The notes below the pieces were generated by a model. That model searched no databases, was not told the origin of the DNA, and saw nothing but the letters and a program-made list of their open reading frames with translations. From assembly GCA_017468205.1 (NCBI GenBank), contig JAFUJK010000013.1, forward strand, positions 2,020 through 66,019: 64,000 bases of DNA, in the 5' to 3' direction. The position numbers were made by a program, and so were the translations under genes. This document shows, piece after piece, positions 13,501 to 18,898 of the stretch. Source of the DNA: Clostridia bacterium. Lineage in GTDB: Bacteria; Bacillota; Clostridia; Christensenellales; UBA1242. The first letter of the stretch is position 1. Each line of letters begins with the position of its first letter.

Positions 13501-15233
13501 CAGGTACTTATACAATCGGCGATACTGACAATAGATACTACAAACTCTTCTATGACTTTATCAAAGGTTCACTTATGAGCGACCTCAACATTCGTGCTTC
13601 TGACGGATTTAGGGTTAACGTAATGTTCAAGTTTAATGATGGCACTTATGCAAGCGAGAATGTTGTCGATAGTGCATACTCCGTTGACTTGTATCTAAAT
13701 TACTATCGTAACTTGCCGTTTGATACAAGTAAAATTGTGTTCACACAAGATAGTAGCGGAATTAAAATGAACGCAAACTATTCAGTACACAACCAGTTTG
13801 CTGCATTGAATGTAACTATTGACCAATATGACTATTCAAATGGAAATAATTATACTTCAACCGCTATATACACTTCTAATAGTACAAGCGGAAGTACCAA
13901 GAACTATGTGGCTAAGGCAAGTTTTGATTACGATTATGCTGATTGTTTCAGTACAAAATCAATCCCAGCCGATGTTATTAGAAAAATGATAAATAACGGA
14001 TACACGCAGTACACGGGTTATGCACAAGGTGGTATGAACTACTTTACAATTACCCCTGTTCATGACGGATATGCAAAAGACCACAATTTGCTTGCGTATG
14101 GAACAAAGTATAATGACGATGTCGACTATACTGTTCGCATTAACCCAACTGTTTCAATATCTTACGACGAGGGTATGCATAATGACGAAAACACTGTAAT
14201 TTCTGACTCGTGGATTTGGGACCACTCATCAACAACTAATTCATATATTGAAAAAGAGTTGATTATGGATGAGTATTGGGGATATATTGAAAATATTACT
14301 GCTGATTATAGTTATATGAATGGCGCAACGGTAGAAGTTTATTATGCTTATGGCTTAACTATTGAAAATCCTGCTCACGTTGTTGATATCGTATCGGGTA
14401 CATCAACAAAAGCAATGACTTCATTTGGCTCGGGACAATATAATGATGTTGAAATTGAAATTCGAGTTTATTGTAAAGAAGGATTTGAAAGTGTGTTCGC
14501 GCGTTCAAGTGACAGCGATAGCATAGATATAAAACCGGGTAGCGATGTGCAAGAATATGTTCCTGTAAGAAAAGATTACTCTGAAAAGACAAATATATTA
14601 AGTTATGTTGAGCTTGAAGTTACTGACGGCTGGATGGGTGGCGGTAGTGTCGCTGATTATGTTGGAAGTATATTTAAAGGTGGTAATCGTGATGCTAGAT
14701 GTACTGTTTCATACGATACTAGTGAGTTACCAAGTGGATTTAGTTTCAATATTGATGTAAGCGCTAGATATAGAGTATCTTATTCTGAAAATGTAGCAGA
14801 AGAGGGAGAAGAAGAAAATATTAAAACTATTTATAGAACTGGTAATTTGAGCGGTAATACTACAATTTCAACAGGCGGTTCTGGTTCATTTAGACTTACA
14901 GGTCATTATTGGGAAACGGATGCTTACAAATGTCTTGCTTCGTTTAGCGATTTTGAAGGTGGAAGTGCCTCTATGAGTAATAGCACTTTTGAACGTGGTG
15001 CAGGTGCAACCGCAGGTGCAACAACTCCTTGTGTAACTTGTGGTGGTGACGGAAAAGTGGAAAGTGCTCACAAAGGTTCAAAAGTAATAACCATAACAGA
15101 TACCTATTACAAATGTTCTTGTGGTGAAACTATTGATGGTACTATTTGGGACGGCGATACAAAAACATGGGGTACTGGTTGTCCAAAACATTTGGCAGAT
15201 TGCTCTTCTTGTAATGGAACGGGATATATATAA
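1527..15233 (+). CDS. Giant (~4,570 aa) N-terminally membrane-anchored protein with FN3-like repeats and a C-terminal Cys-rich zinc-finger-like tail
   Basis: Single uninterrupted ORF 1506..15233. The ATG at 1527 is preferred because GGGGGAG lies 8 nt upstream. There is a hydrophobic anchor, ITIAIVVAVLVIASIVGLIFVL. Many ~90-100 aa modules have the pattern [LI]xxP...W...Y.[VI], e.g. LSTPLNLTWEGEELSWLAVENASSYSVMLTY. The last ~70 aa hold 7 Cys, including two CxxCxGxG motifs. Confidence 0.85.
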   Translation: MSNSVKITIAIVVAVLVIASIVGLIFVLTPASKPNNSLTQRLATPENVRINEENWVLSFDSVENAQGYRIYINDADTFVSTSTSVSVQSYITRYAKYSFEVSAIHSTPDYNSARSAPVYGYNTTTLSTPLNLTWEGEELSWLAVENASSYSVMLTYKPDGSNNEMTTNILTHGNTFDFGALLTQAPYSQINFFELAVKASSTDAYGNENDYIYDSAYSDPAIYFRTTSIDAPTIRISPDVRGQTSQQGTERVLSWDVDFAVDKYLVYVNGQLRKTVANDELEGLSSYSLNLNEIMVDGVCITDTLGAKTIFVTAVPKTNDYYHIENRSSDLIEYTVVHTLSAPDAQSIKMSKEGENLVITWDTVEDTYGVNTRYTPTSYNLVLLANSDIENPTFVARAPVTELLLPYYSIPLSELSALGVSFKAMISAVESKSEYILDSAYSEESEAYEAITQLETPDGFALNESNGVDTLSWRAVDNAGSYTVMVYMGTIDAETNNINAIGSALVTQVVTETKITISNYMKAHLPNPLGPGLYAIRVIANGASKFYTSSNASEPVKYDYKVRLTAPVIHSVSKVAQLDNKGEITFVFDYVEGAERYHINVNGILAFLIDQPALDSEMISSVEVNGTTSYRIVDKTRLTDFINNNYSSPKVHSITVQAIILDTENANGYISSLLSTEYKFSDYYTHQKPTNLVASQQAGQNGVVLTWDSVPTVVAANGTYEIFVIDENNGRVAVNTNAITGSRVADLSPYLQLGMNTIEMRSARSGLYLASDYVTTTINYVYNLSGTLNTTITPISGSKNNRLFIEASKNVDFRYITDYYVEFINSAGTVFNSLNIHTDVAGSDIDEVITDEYLPLYKTTTVKIYAGKTKSGDNIISQSVHLNSDGCEWSLDYESSSFMDSPTISHSETVVDSKPKVYATINVSKDSLPFTKSIEWTFEGTTGITYTSYIDITDTTTNSFTIDLTALQLVNDDENALLGGGYNITATAISNKSSELRSSPAQYAFDIIIDLQAPAGFVMADDHSYLQWNYIAFVDHYEITMNGATKSTTVSEYTDYVDGKYVRVMRANTTGWFSGLSKGASVVFGVKAVAQANGYYRDSSAVYTWEFNNRISAPLVEVVTKNNQLHLQILYSKLVSNYSISCEESSAGVSVNATANIVENGYVYFNLENVLADKVAGEYGFSVVANPLDASTYNTSDPTVVNVEWQKRFAQPNITVAQNFDNNTLSFTWSDVSVDVLANGQLTRVAPSGYLVTITQASRTDSVYSQTLTTNTLTLTSTELASMTSGYYFVSVTALENAPMLESYESAYRFAYQQQLQTPIIAFVAGDSLANENTLDVQQTSTPDANAPKFDLKVINSANEEKIFEGIAWSGNVATLQGGTHFAERGSYTIAIRNAQNGSLAASAWSNSLVIRYGTSFDVAENITMTYDDPTTTYTVNFDKLELPSELTGEVTYTASVTYNNIKQAITSDQITLVADSTYSFSFQNAQWGDAWAEGSRFTIVITANTTDELYTTSSTTYVFAIGDMVAPYDIVFTADGADATITWKGDTQYVGVVYTYSIYVVDANGSNLYLANDGSWTADNANQATLTTTTTEIAFTLPSAQVYAIYFTIIASVTNGVDSVASAPHTHIFMNTQTLAGVNDFAVNYDKTTQTYTAIWTNNLQNSTAFNGGAYTLKINGTTVLNSSVESGSIVSVDITSFVPTFLASGRIAYWEITASDVVYTVGESNYIAYKGGVYANSLELPIVISDAPNTLVLDGTVAKWSYVVNATKYKLYIADSTGMPLNFENGSAREIVTNQNTYDFSGLLAGLEAGDYLVVVQVEEDEANGVYVSEDLEKTTATYLQTAPLNAITDLTFEQNYVGGQVRTYARWNYNTNGDFTIENMKFSITITDKNGKSVAYDNLNPALSGTKFTYSNSAGDTTKGSFVFSYIDRSADDLTVDLAGGECVFTVVVSGVDGSAYFTASNGVSGNFNNIFGLQAITNDNLFAVAPECFIKGVAYNEIAGYEEGLRDDFEEYESTIGFNEKYLIITDDTLSFAQYFKVYISTTTDGNGANIYEYVGDIKNEATEISFDAISNTTAKLRLPTAIAGINKIKLIPYGEEEYYKYIDGGTVYDLSSDVAIEKISSEFDVELFMRNEAPNLNIHSIKLGYSDSQDKKNINSVNLTFSNLKIGGIYRVTPYYYDYYNNGALVECEPTDIGPLTADDFNGSVPKGLDIYDLISFYGPHQFYFTVQSIVPQGEGSNYWLNSHISTTPNSFEFVTKLMEFAPILDGDSSVNSLVNPITVKNAGGTLENGDLYWTLPTHPYSVRIIYTVTLCDENQTLGSIMQFGEKHIIKYSVVLDVIVTKDSITYQIGEQSMLKQNVTSTITDGFVLDTDNGILVFDMTKYFEDSTRVADNQNGAWYLAGSYTYMITADVFAISEPYNCTRISSPASFGTESAMNKYNYTNIPFPYQPTNVRLSENGDLTWDYADKIYDSAYLDTAIFEIWVYNWDDAHENYTISKLDDYVYGTVVTNISHLLTAGGAKRNEVVIRTVSPDINIYEPSEWVSVNAGALPTTTALPNISVVWGNDETLKNNDHRVVAITLDNYVSNAILADVEANNFDVHINVHLLKVIDWAQGSPEPTYANYDEARESGDYPTISWNQPLTEQYYNYITYKNHEGLDYKFNFVNAINALVSAGLESETLWLIGGDSLAGGYYYLKVELTTGLTCYSPSVVYQSKLVREVWRSSQEQATITGQHLTTKTLGVAAEPVNGNDREWGADAHKEALLTIPVDTIDYRIDENTIAPKLPSEITVYARLYTGVGYDADHSYSITYSIPDVSLITGGKYQNGDITLSMITDNDYSRINVTIDIHALFDKNIYAGVYDIFWVLNGDQVGDSSPVEAPYQLREEICHYVVFPTPILDYRLGYTGTNSDQYVINWVLTPNKYTHEVNDTIDYNINLYAFVADENGNFATDDAEANDPNFLKASSQEKYFVGNANASGTTLENYSNIQVLNGRDCYIQQNTIAGFSLTPNKTYKVYMYLSTSRWGETDDMNAFYYLNSDTSVGVEYVYKKISGQHVADDVESPTADYPLERFTASDREVVENGAYYTFTSTQPDYNNNALELFVYNTQDPRAGYDEHWTDAQENDGTYLAHFIIGTKDNASAKNGRQDLYILYDYEDKVVNSGTWDYSRSVGFMSGKNITINKLTISELLYNKVTQVAGLDLNKMWTPITYYCKIQSWINNNEVNKNMPTYLGTDNVVRYKDKDTVFGREWIKKHIDFVRNEDGSINSEAVEKLYNDLLEDNKVFDVPYLNANALNLEYYFTFQHTIQYAMPYLSSENGIEIVNKDGTSDYVDYSTIDLGNGVLQYKTDGYVKATSNFNYYYRIWLNDLYTTDPLIRSDKEINVTVSATFYDDTTGGSGNYGDYNNSQWGTFDSVNLFIHYVDEDNEDLSAEFIAAHKGQAYIELKFDSPESGASALYTAMDQWLPNIFTFEFRAVTSGSPVINTGETNTTNAFVTYNNVTGEVNSTKNVISRIYAESNSSEHPNYLTVRKQYTAPTVDLRFDSMQTSLSEFGEMQSIKLGETYYTTNLVEELTNSDYVGLASNPYLFSTAEALDRTGGQAFEYGMLKTDKRTHYEIKLYYKDDNGNILNTSNVISLLTNDVNNTLTRFTQAVKGLDVDSARFDYSKYKDIYPYEETCLYEAMYSLINGDLKTGAYKGGRIDIDIRVVTPSEDRTDKNNQNWVTSAWASAERAELYTFYFHPRLETVVTSFNQNECNFTTDYEGGTSSFYVQDGKYYYHQSYVPLHYTSISRTAQYYVYLSRTQGGSGYINMPYNINNSVVRDYCTLSPRNTDTKNTKNLVDILKHDLVDAKTYDSSSSSAHANQWRLPENVNDTWLINIVAAVGDDMTYVGRGFNSKDQNYTVKLKIKMDIQSLSIDMEPLVNKSTNVLNENSFTATTLKNGYAGSALWKNYSTSQDLTGQAFNRAANKAVFKYYYPYGNTMKATGTYTIGDTDNRYYKLFYDFIKGSLMSDLNIRASDGFRVNVMFKFNDGTYASENVVDSAYSVDLYLNYYRNLPFDTSKIVFTQDSSGIKMNANYSVHNQFAALNVTIDQYDYSNGNNYTSTAIYTSNSTSGSTKNYVAKASFDYDYADCFSTKSIPADVIRKMINNGYTQYTGYAQGGMNYFTITPVHDGYAKDHNLLAYGTKYNDDVDYTVRINPTVSISYDEGMHNDENTVISDSWIWDHSSTTNSYIEKELIMDEYWGYIENITADYSYMNGATVEVYYAYGLTIENPAHVVDIVSGTSTKAMTSFGSGQYNDVEIEIRVYCKEGFESVFARSSDSDSIDIKPGSDVQEYVPVRKDYSEKTNILSYVELEVTDGWMGGGSVADYVGSIFKGGNRDARCTVSYDTSELPSGFSFNIDVSARYRVSYSENVAEEGEEENIKTIYRTGNLSGNTTISTGGSGSFRLTGHYWETDAYKCLASFSDFEGGSASMSNSTFERGAGATAGATTPCVTCGGDGKVESAHKGSKVITITDTYYKCSCGETIDGTIWDGDTKTWGTGCPKHLADCSSCNGTGYI

Positions 15234-15365
15234 TTTCTTAAAACCACCAAGAAATTATGTTGTAGATAATCATACCATTGAGAACAATACACAAATCACA
15301 AAGATTTTAAGGCAAAACTATTGAAAGTAATGCTAGTCAAATTGCCAAGAAAGTAATGCAAAAAC

Positions 15366-15399
15366 AAAAAAGACGGAAAAATCCGTCTTTTTTGTGTAT
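15366..15399 (+). terminator. Rho-independent terminator, copy 1 of a reused terminator cassette
   Basis: AAAAAGACGG-aaaaat-CCGTCTTTTTTGTGTAT. The GACGG/CCGTC stem is extended by A/T runs and lies downstream of the giant gene. Confidence 0.7.
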
Positions 15400-15435
15400 A
15401 TCCCAGTATTATTAATATTTATTATTATTCTGCGT

Positions 15436-15604
15436 GTCATTGCGAGGTACCCGTGAGGGCAACGTGGCAATCTCGGCAATTTTATTGCCGTCACGAAGAA
15501 TGTTCTTTTTCAAAAGGCGAGATTGCCACGTCAACACTTTGTGTTTCCTCGCAATGACAAGTAATTTAATTGTTAAGTCGCTTCGCTCATTGTGGCAATC
15601 TCGC
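15436..15604. repeat. Cluster of three copies (forward, inverted, partial) of a dispersed intergenic repeat GTCATTGCGAGG-N(15-20)-CGTGGCAATCTCGCC
   Basis: Unit A is 15436..15476, forward. Unit B is 15516..15558 and is its reverse complement (ggcgagattgccacg...cctcgcaatgac). The 3' half-unit gtggcaatctcgc is at 15592..15604. Further copies are at 24695..24763 and 29344..29386. Confidence 0.8.
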
Positions 15605-15698
15605 TTTAAAAAAATATTAAAAAATTTGCGCACATCTGTCAATTTTATTTGATAAATTTCATTTTTTTATTTATAATAAGTATAGGAGAATAGGGGAT

Positions 15699-17054
15699 AT
15701 GGAAAAACAAAAGTTTAAATTAAACTACAAGCGCACTTTTTATATTGGAATGGCGTTTTTTACAATTATGATGTTGTGGCAAGTTTACAATACGTATTGC
15801 CCGCTATTTTTGACAGATTATTTTGTAAGTACATTAGGTGGACAATCCGAAGACCATTCATATTTGGTCGGCATTATTATGGCAATGGACAATGTTCTTG
15901 CTCTGTTTATGTTGCCTCTTTTTGGTAAGTTGTCCGATAGGACAAACACTCGCCTAGGGAAGAGAATGCCATTTATAATTGCAGGTGTTGCACTTGCTGT
16001 GGTGTTGTTCCCATTAATCCCAATGCTGTTTATTTTAAATAGTTATATTTGGATGATAGTTGTTATGGCAATGATTTTGATTGCTATGAATCTTTATCGT
16101 TCTCCCGCAGTATCGCTTATGCCAGATATTACTCCAAAACCATTGAGAAGTAAGGCTAATGCAGTAATAAATTTTGTGGGTTATCTGGGTGCCATTTTTG
16201 CGGGCGCGCTCGCAATTTTCTTCCCAGCAAAGACAGGAGACACAGGTAGACTTGTATATAATGCTGACACTATTTGGATTCCGTTTGTTATAACAGCGGT
16301 TTTGATGATTGTTGCACTGGTTATTTTACTCCTTAAAATTCGCGAAAACAAGTTGGCTGCTGAACTCGCGGACGAACTTGCCGAGGGCGAGAAACAAGCC
16401 GAGGTGGAAAGTGAACTCGTAGAAGATAAACCATTGTCAAAAGGCGATAAACGTAATCTAGCGATTTTGTTGCTTTCAATTTTCTTGTGGTTCTTCGCAT
16501 TCAATGCTATTGAAACTTTTGGTTCTTTATTTGGTGCCGAACGTCTTGGAATGGACACGGGGTGGTGGGGAACTGCTGTAATTGTGATGACCGTTTGTAG
16601 TCTTATTGGCTTTTTCCCAGGTGCGTGGATTTCGGAAAAATTGGGCAGAAAATGGACGGTTGTGCTTGGGCTTGCGTTGATGATTTTCAGTTTATTGATT
16701 GCTTGCTTTATTCTTAATCCGTGGGTGTTGTACGTGCTTATTGCAATAGCGGGCATCGGTTGGGCGTGGGTGAATGTAAACAGTTATCCAATGGTTGTTG
16801 AAATGGCTAGTAAGAAAAATGTCGGCAAACTTACAGGCTGGTATTATGCCGCTAGTATGCTTGCTCAAAGTTTGACCCCAATTTGTGTAGGCTTCTTCTT
16901 TAAAGCGTTGGGATTTGAATGGCTCTTCCCTTATGCAACAATCTTTGCAGGAATTGCTCTTCTAGTATTCTTGCTGTATAAAAGCCCCAAAAAAAATAAT
17001 ATTTCTACATCTACACCAGAATCTCAAAACAATATTGAAGAAACAAATGAATAA
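15699..17054 (+). CDS. MFS-type transporter (GPH/sugar-cation symporter-like)
   Basis: 451 aa with about 12 hydrophobic segments. The motif GKLSDRTNTRLGKRMPF lies in the loop after TM2, as is typical of MFS/GPH transporters. The central loop is charged. AGGAGAA precedes the ATG. Confidence 0.75.
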   Translation: MEKQKFKLNYKRTFYIGMAFFTIMMLWQVYNTYCPLFLTDYFVSTLGGQSEDHSYLVGIIMAMDNVLALFMLPLFGKLSDRTNTRLGKRMPFIIAGVALAVVLFPLIPMLFILNSYIWMIVVMAMILIAMNLYRSPAVSLMPDITPKPLRSKANAVINFVGYLGAIFAGALAIFFPAKTGDTGRLVYNADTIWIPFVITAVLMIVALVILLLKIRENKLAAELADELAEGEKQAEVESELVEDKPLSKGDKRNLAILLLSIFLWFFAFNAIETFGSLFGAERLGMDTGWWGTAVIVMTVCSLIGFFPGAWISEKLGRKWTVVLGLALMIFSLLIACFILNPWVLYVLIAIAGIGWAWVNVNSYPMVVEMASKKNVGKLTGWYYAASMLAQSLTPICVGFFFKALGFEWLFPYATIFAGIALLVFLLYKSPKKNNISTSTPESQNNIEETNE

Positions 17055-17055
17055 T

Positions 17056-17089
17056 AAAAAGACGGATTTTCCCCGTCTTTTTTGTGTAT
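17056..17089 (+). terminator. Rho-independent terminator, copy 2 of the cassette
   Basis: AAAAAGACGGATTTTCCCCGTCTTTTTTGTGTAT lies immediately after the transporter stop codon and is identical over 34 nt to the copy at 17492..17525. Confidence 0.75.
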
Positions 17090-17124
17090 AAATAAAAAAA
17101 TTTTAAAAAGGTGTCCTTGGTGTA

Positions 17125-17152
17125 TTGACAAAGATAAAAACTATGTTATAAT
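17125..17152 (+). promoter_or_regulatory. Sigma-70-type promoter (TTGACA, 16 nt, TGtTATAAT)
   Basis: Consensus -35 TTGACA at 17125..17130 and an extended -10 TGtTATAAT ending at 17152, upstream of the 17260 ORF. Confidence 0.55.
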
Positions 17153-17259
17153 GCCGGCAAGGCAACGAATTGTCTGAAATTTAGGAGGTTATATGAGTAG
17201 TTTTAATGGGTTTTTTATTAATAAAAAAGGAGAATTAGTACACCAATGGGGGATAGATA

Positions 17260-17544
17260 ATGAAGCAATATGATTTGGTTGAATTAATTTCGGATAAAGA
17301 TAAATATAAGAAATTTGGCGTAAAAAAAGGTGATTTTGGCGCAGTAATTGAAAAAGTTGATAGCGGGAAGTATCAAGTAATTTTTTCGGAATTTTACACA
17401 GGTAAGGATATAGCAGACATTATAGTTGACGAAGAAGATTTATTAGTACATGATTTTGTGCCAAAAGAAAATATCCACCTAAAAATTAGCAAAAAAGACG
17501 GATTTTCCCCGTCTTTTTTGTGTATGAAAAGTAAGATTCCATAA
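17260..17544 (+). CDS. Small hypothetical protein, DUF4926-like (SH3-like beta-barrel) by recollection
   Basis: 94 aa. The N-terminal pattern MKQYDLVELI...GVKKGDFGAVIEKVDSGKYQVIF resembles DUF4926 proteins. The 3' end overlaps the bidirectional terminator. Confidence 0.45.
   Translation: MKQYDLVELISDKDKYKKFGVKKGDFGAVIEKVDSGKYQVIFSEFYTGKDIADIIVDEEDLLVHDFVPKENIHLKISKKDGFSPSFLCMKSKIP
17492..17525. terminator. Bidirectional terminator, copy 3 of the cassette, shared by convergent transcription units
   Basis: AAAAAGACGGATTTTCCCCGTCTTTTTTGTGTAT has an A-run and a T-run on either side of the stem. It lies just beyond the stop (17545) of the minus-strand HTH operon and inside the last 17 codons of the plus-strand ORF. 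Confidence 0.65.
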
Positions 17545-17868
17545 TTAACTAACTTTTTTCTTTTGGATAAGAAAATTCATAAATTCAATAGTTTGGTCTT
17601 TATCCAAATTACTTAAATTTTCTGATAGTTCTAAAATCGTTTTAGATTTATCGTCTAAATACTTGATTTTTTGTTGCATTTCCGTTGTGTGGTCGCAAAG
17701 ATAATCCAATGTAACACCATAGAAATCAGCAATTTTGCATAATGTTTCAATAGTGGGTTGTGTGTTTTCAATTTCATAGTTTGCATAGGTCGATTGTTTT
17801 AAACCAAGCAATGGCGCCAATTCATATTGCGATAAGCCTTTTTGTTCTCTTAAATATTTAAGTTTCAT
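17545..17868 (-). CDS. XRE-family HTH transcriptional regulator (third gene of a three-gene tandem)
   Basis: MKLKYLREQKGLSQYELAPLLGLKQSTYANYE is a classic HTH_3 signature. The ATG at 17868 is preferred: it sits 1 nt after the upstream stop and has a GGTGA SD. Confidence 0.8.
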   Translation of the reverse strand: MKLKYLREQKGLSQYELAPLLGLKQSTYANYEIENTQPTIETLCKIADFYGVTLDYLCDHTTEMQQKIKYLDDKSKTILELSENLSNLDKDQTIEFMNFLIQKKKVS

Positions 17869-17869
17869 A

Positions 17870-18175
17870 TTAGTTATCACCATCAAGCAAGCCTTGGATA
17901 TATATAATTGCTTTTTCCGTTTTGTTGTCGCTTAATTTGTCGAACATTTCAATAGCAGTGCGCTTTCTTTCACTAAAATTTAAATAATTGCCTTCATATT
18001 TTCGTTCACATAAATAATCAAGCGAAACATTGAAACAATCTGCTATCTTAATCAACATCGTTATGTTAGGCTCGGTTTTTCCGTTTTCATAATTGCTATA
18101 ACTAGTTTGCGGAATGCCAAGCATTTCTGCGATTTCAACTTGCGTTTTTCTTCCTCTTAAATCTTTTAATCTCAA
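17870..18175 (-). CDS. XRE-family HTH transcriptional regulator (second of tandem)
   Basis: MRLKDLRGRKTQVEIAEMLGIPQTSYSNYENGKTEP. The TTG start lies 1 nt after the stop of the upstream HTH gene. Confidence 0.8.
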   Translation of the reverse strand: MRLKDLRGRKTQVEIAEMLGIPQTSYSNYENGKTEPNITMLIKIADCFNVSLDYLCERKYEGNYLNFSERKRTAIEMFDKLSDNKTEKAIIYIQGLLDGDN

Positions 18176-18176
18176 T

Positions 18177-18479
18177 TTATTTCCTTTTTAACAAAAGTGT
18201 AAGCGCTTGCAATTCCTCTTTTGAAAGTGATTTGATTATCTTTAATTGTTCTTTATCAATTTTATAGTTTTGAAAATCATCGTAGAAAAATTCTTCTGTA
18301 CTTATTTCAAGAGCATTCAAAATTTCAATGAATTTAGGCAAAGTTAAAATAATTGAACCATTTTCAATTTTATAAAAATAAGTTTCAGAATTTCCGAGCA
18401 TCAAGCCTAATTCTCTCGCTGATAAATTTTTAGAAGTTCTAATCAGCGATAATCTATCTACTATTTCTTTATATTCCAT
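18177..18479 (-). CDS. XRE-family HTH transcriptional regulator (first of tandem)
   Basis: LIRTSKNLSARELGLMLGNSETYFYKIENG is an HTH_3-like signature. 100 aa. Confidence 0.7.
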   Translation of the reverse strand: MEYKEIVDRLSLIRTSKNLSARELGLMLGNSETYFYKIENGSIILTLPKFIEILNALEISTEEFFYDDFQNYKIDKEQLKIIKSLSKEELQALTLLLKRK

Positions 18480-18631
18480 AATATTTTACCTCAATTAATT
18501 GTAACTGATTTTTCGCACTCTATATTGTATTATTGCGGTTATTTTTCTCTATAAAATTTCTTTTTAATCAAAATATATTATATTAATAGGGAAAATATGC
18601 TATTATATATGGAGTAAAAGGAGAAAATAAT

Positions 18632-18898
18632 ATGATTAAACCCTATAATTTAGAAAAAGAAATTCGTGAGAGAGGCTTTATTTTTAGATATAGAACTGAA
18701 CTGCTCACAACTTTTTTAGAAGCAAATGATATATCAGTGGAGCAACTTTGCAAAACATTAAACCTAAATCCAAATGATATCTACAAATTTTTAAATCAAG
18801 AAGCCATTTTGCTTGATATTTTGGAAACTTTAAGCGAATATTTGGAGATTGATATGCGAGCATTTTATGACTATATTCCAAAACCAGTAAAAAAATAA
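18632..18898 (+). CDS. Small HTH-like protein, divergent from the triple XRE operon
   Basis: 88 aa. NDISVEQLCKTLNLNPNDIYKFLN resembles a Cro/C1-type helix-turn-helix. AAGGAG SD. Confidence 0.5.
   Translation: MIKPYNLEKEIRERGFIFRYRTELLTTFLEANDISVEQLCKTLNLNPNDIYKFLNQEAILLDILETLSEYLEIDMRAFYDYIPKPVKK

Noticed and set aside
15436-15604. Possible CRISPR array, because of the short repeated units
   Set aside because: The units are in mixed orientation, irregularly spaced and only about 2.5 in number. No cas genes are nearby and no direct repeat-spacer periodicity is present.
15412-15652. Two overlapping ORFs of 72-76 aa on opposite strands in the spacer after the giant gene
   Set aside because: They are translations of the inverted GTCATTGCGAGG/GGCGAGATTGCCAC repeat units (for example VIARKHKVLTWQSR). 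They have no RBS and they mirror each other, so they are artefacts of the repeat.
16181-16756. 191 aa antisense ORF inside the MFS transporter gene
   Set aside because: It is a shadow ORF of a membrane-protein gene, with the Ser/Ala/Pro-rich composition typical of the antisense of hydrophobic codons, and it has no RBS.
17193-17273. 26-codon ORF (MSSFNGFFINKKGELVHQWGIDNEAI) with a perfect AGGAGG SD, overlapping the start of the 17260 gene
   Set aside because: It might be a real leader or coupled peptide, but there is no conservation or other evidence available, so it was not reported as a feature.
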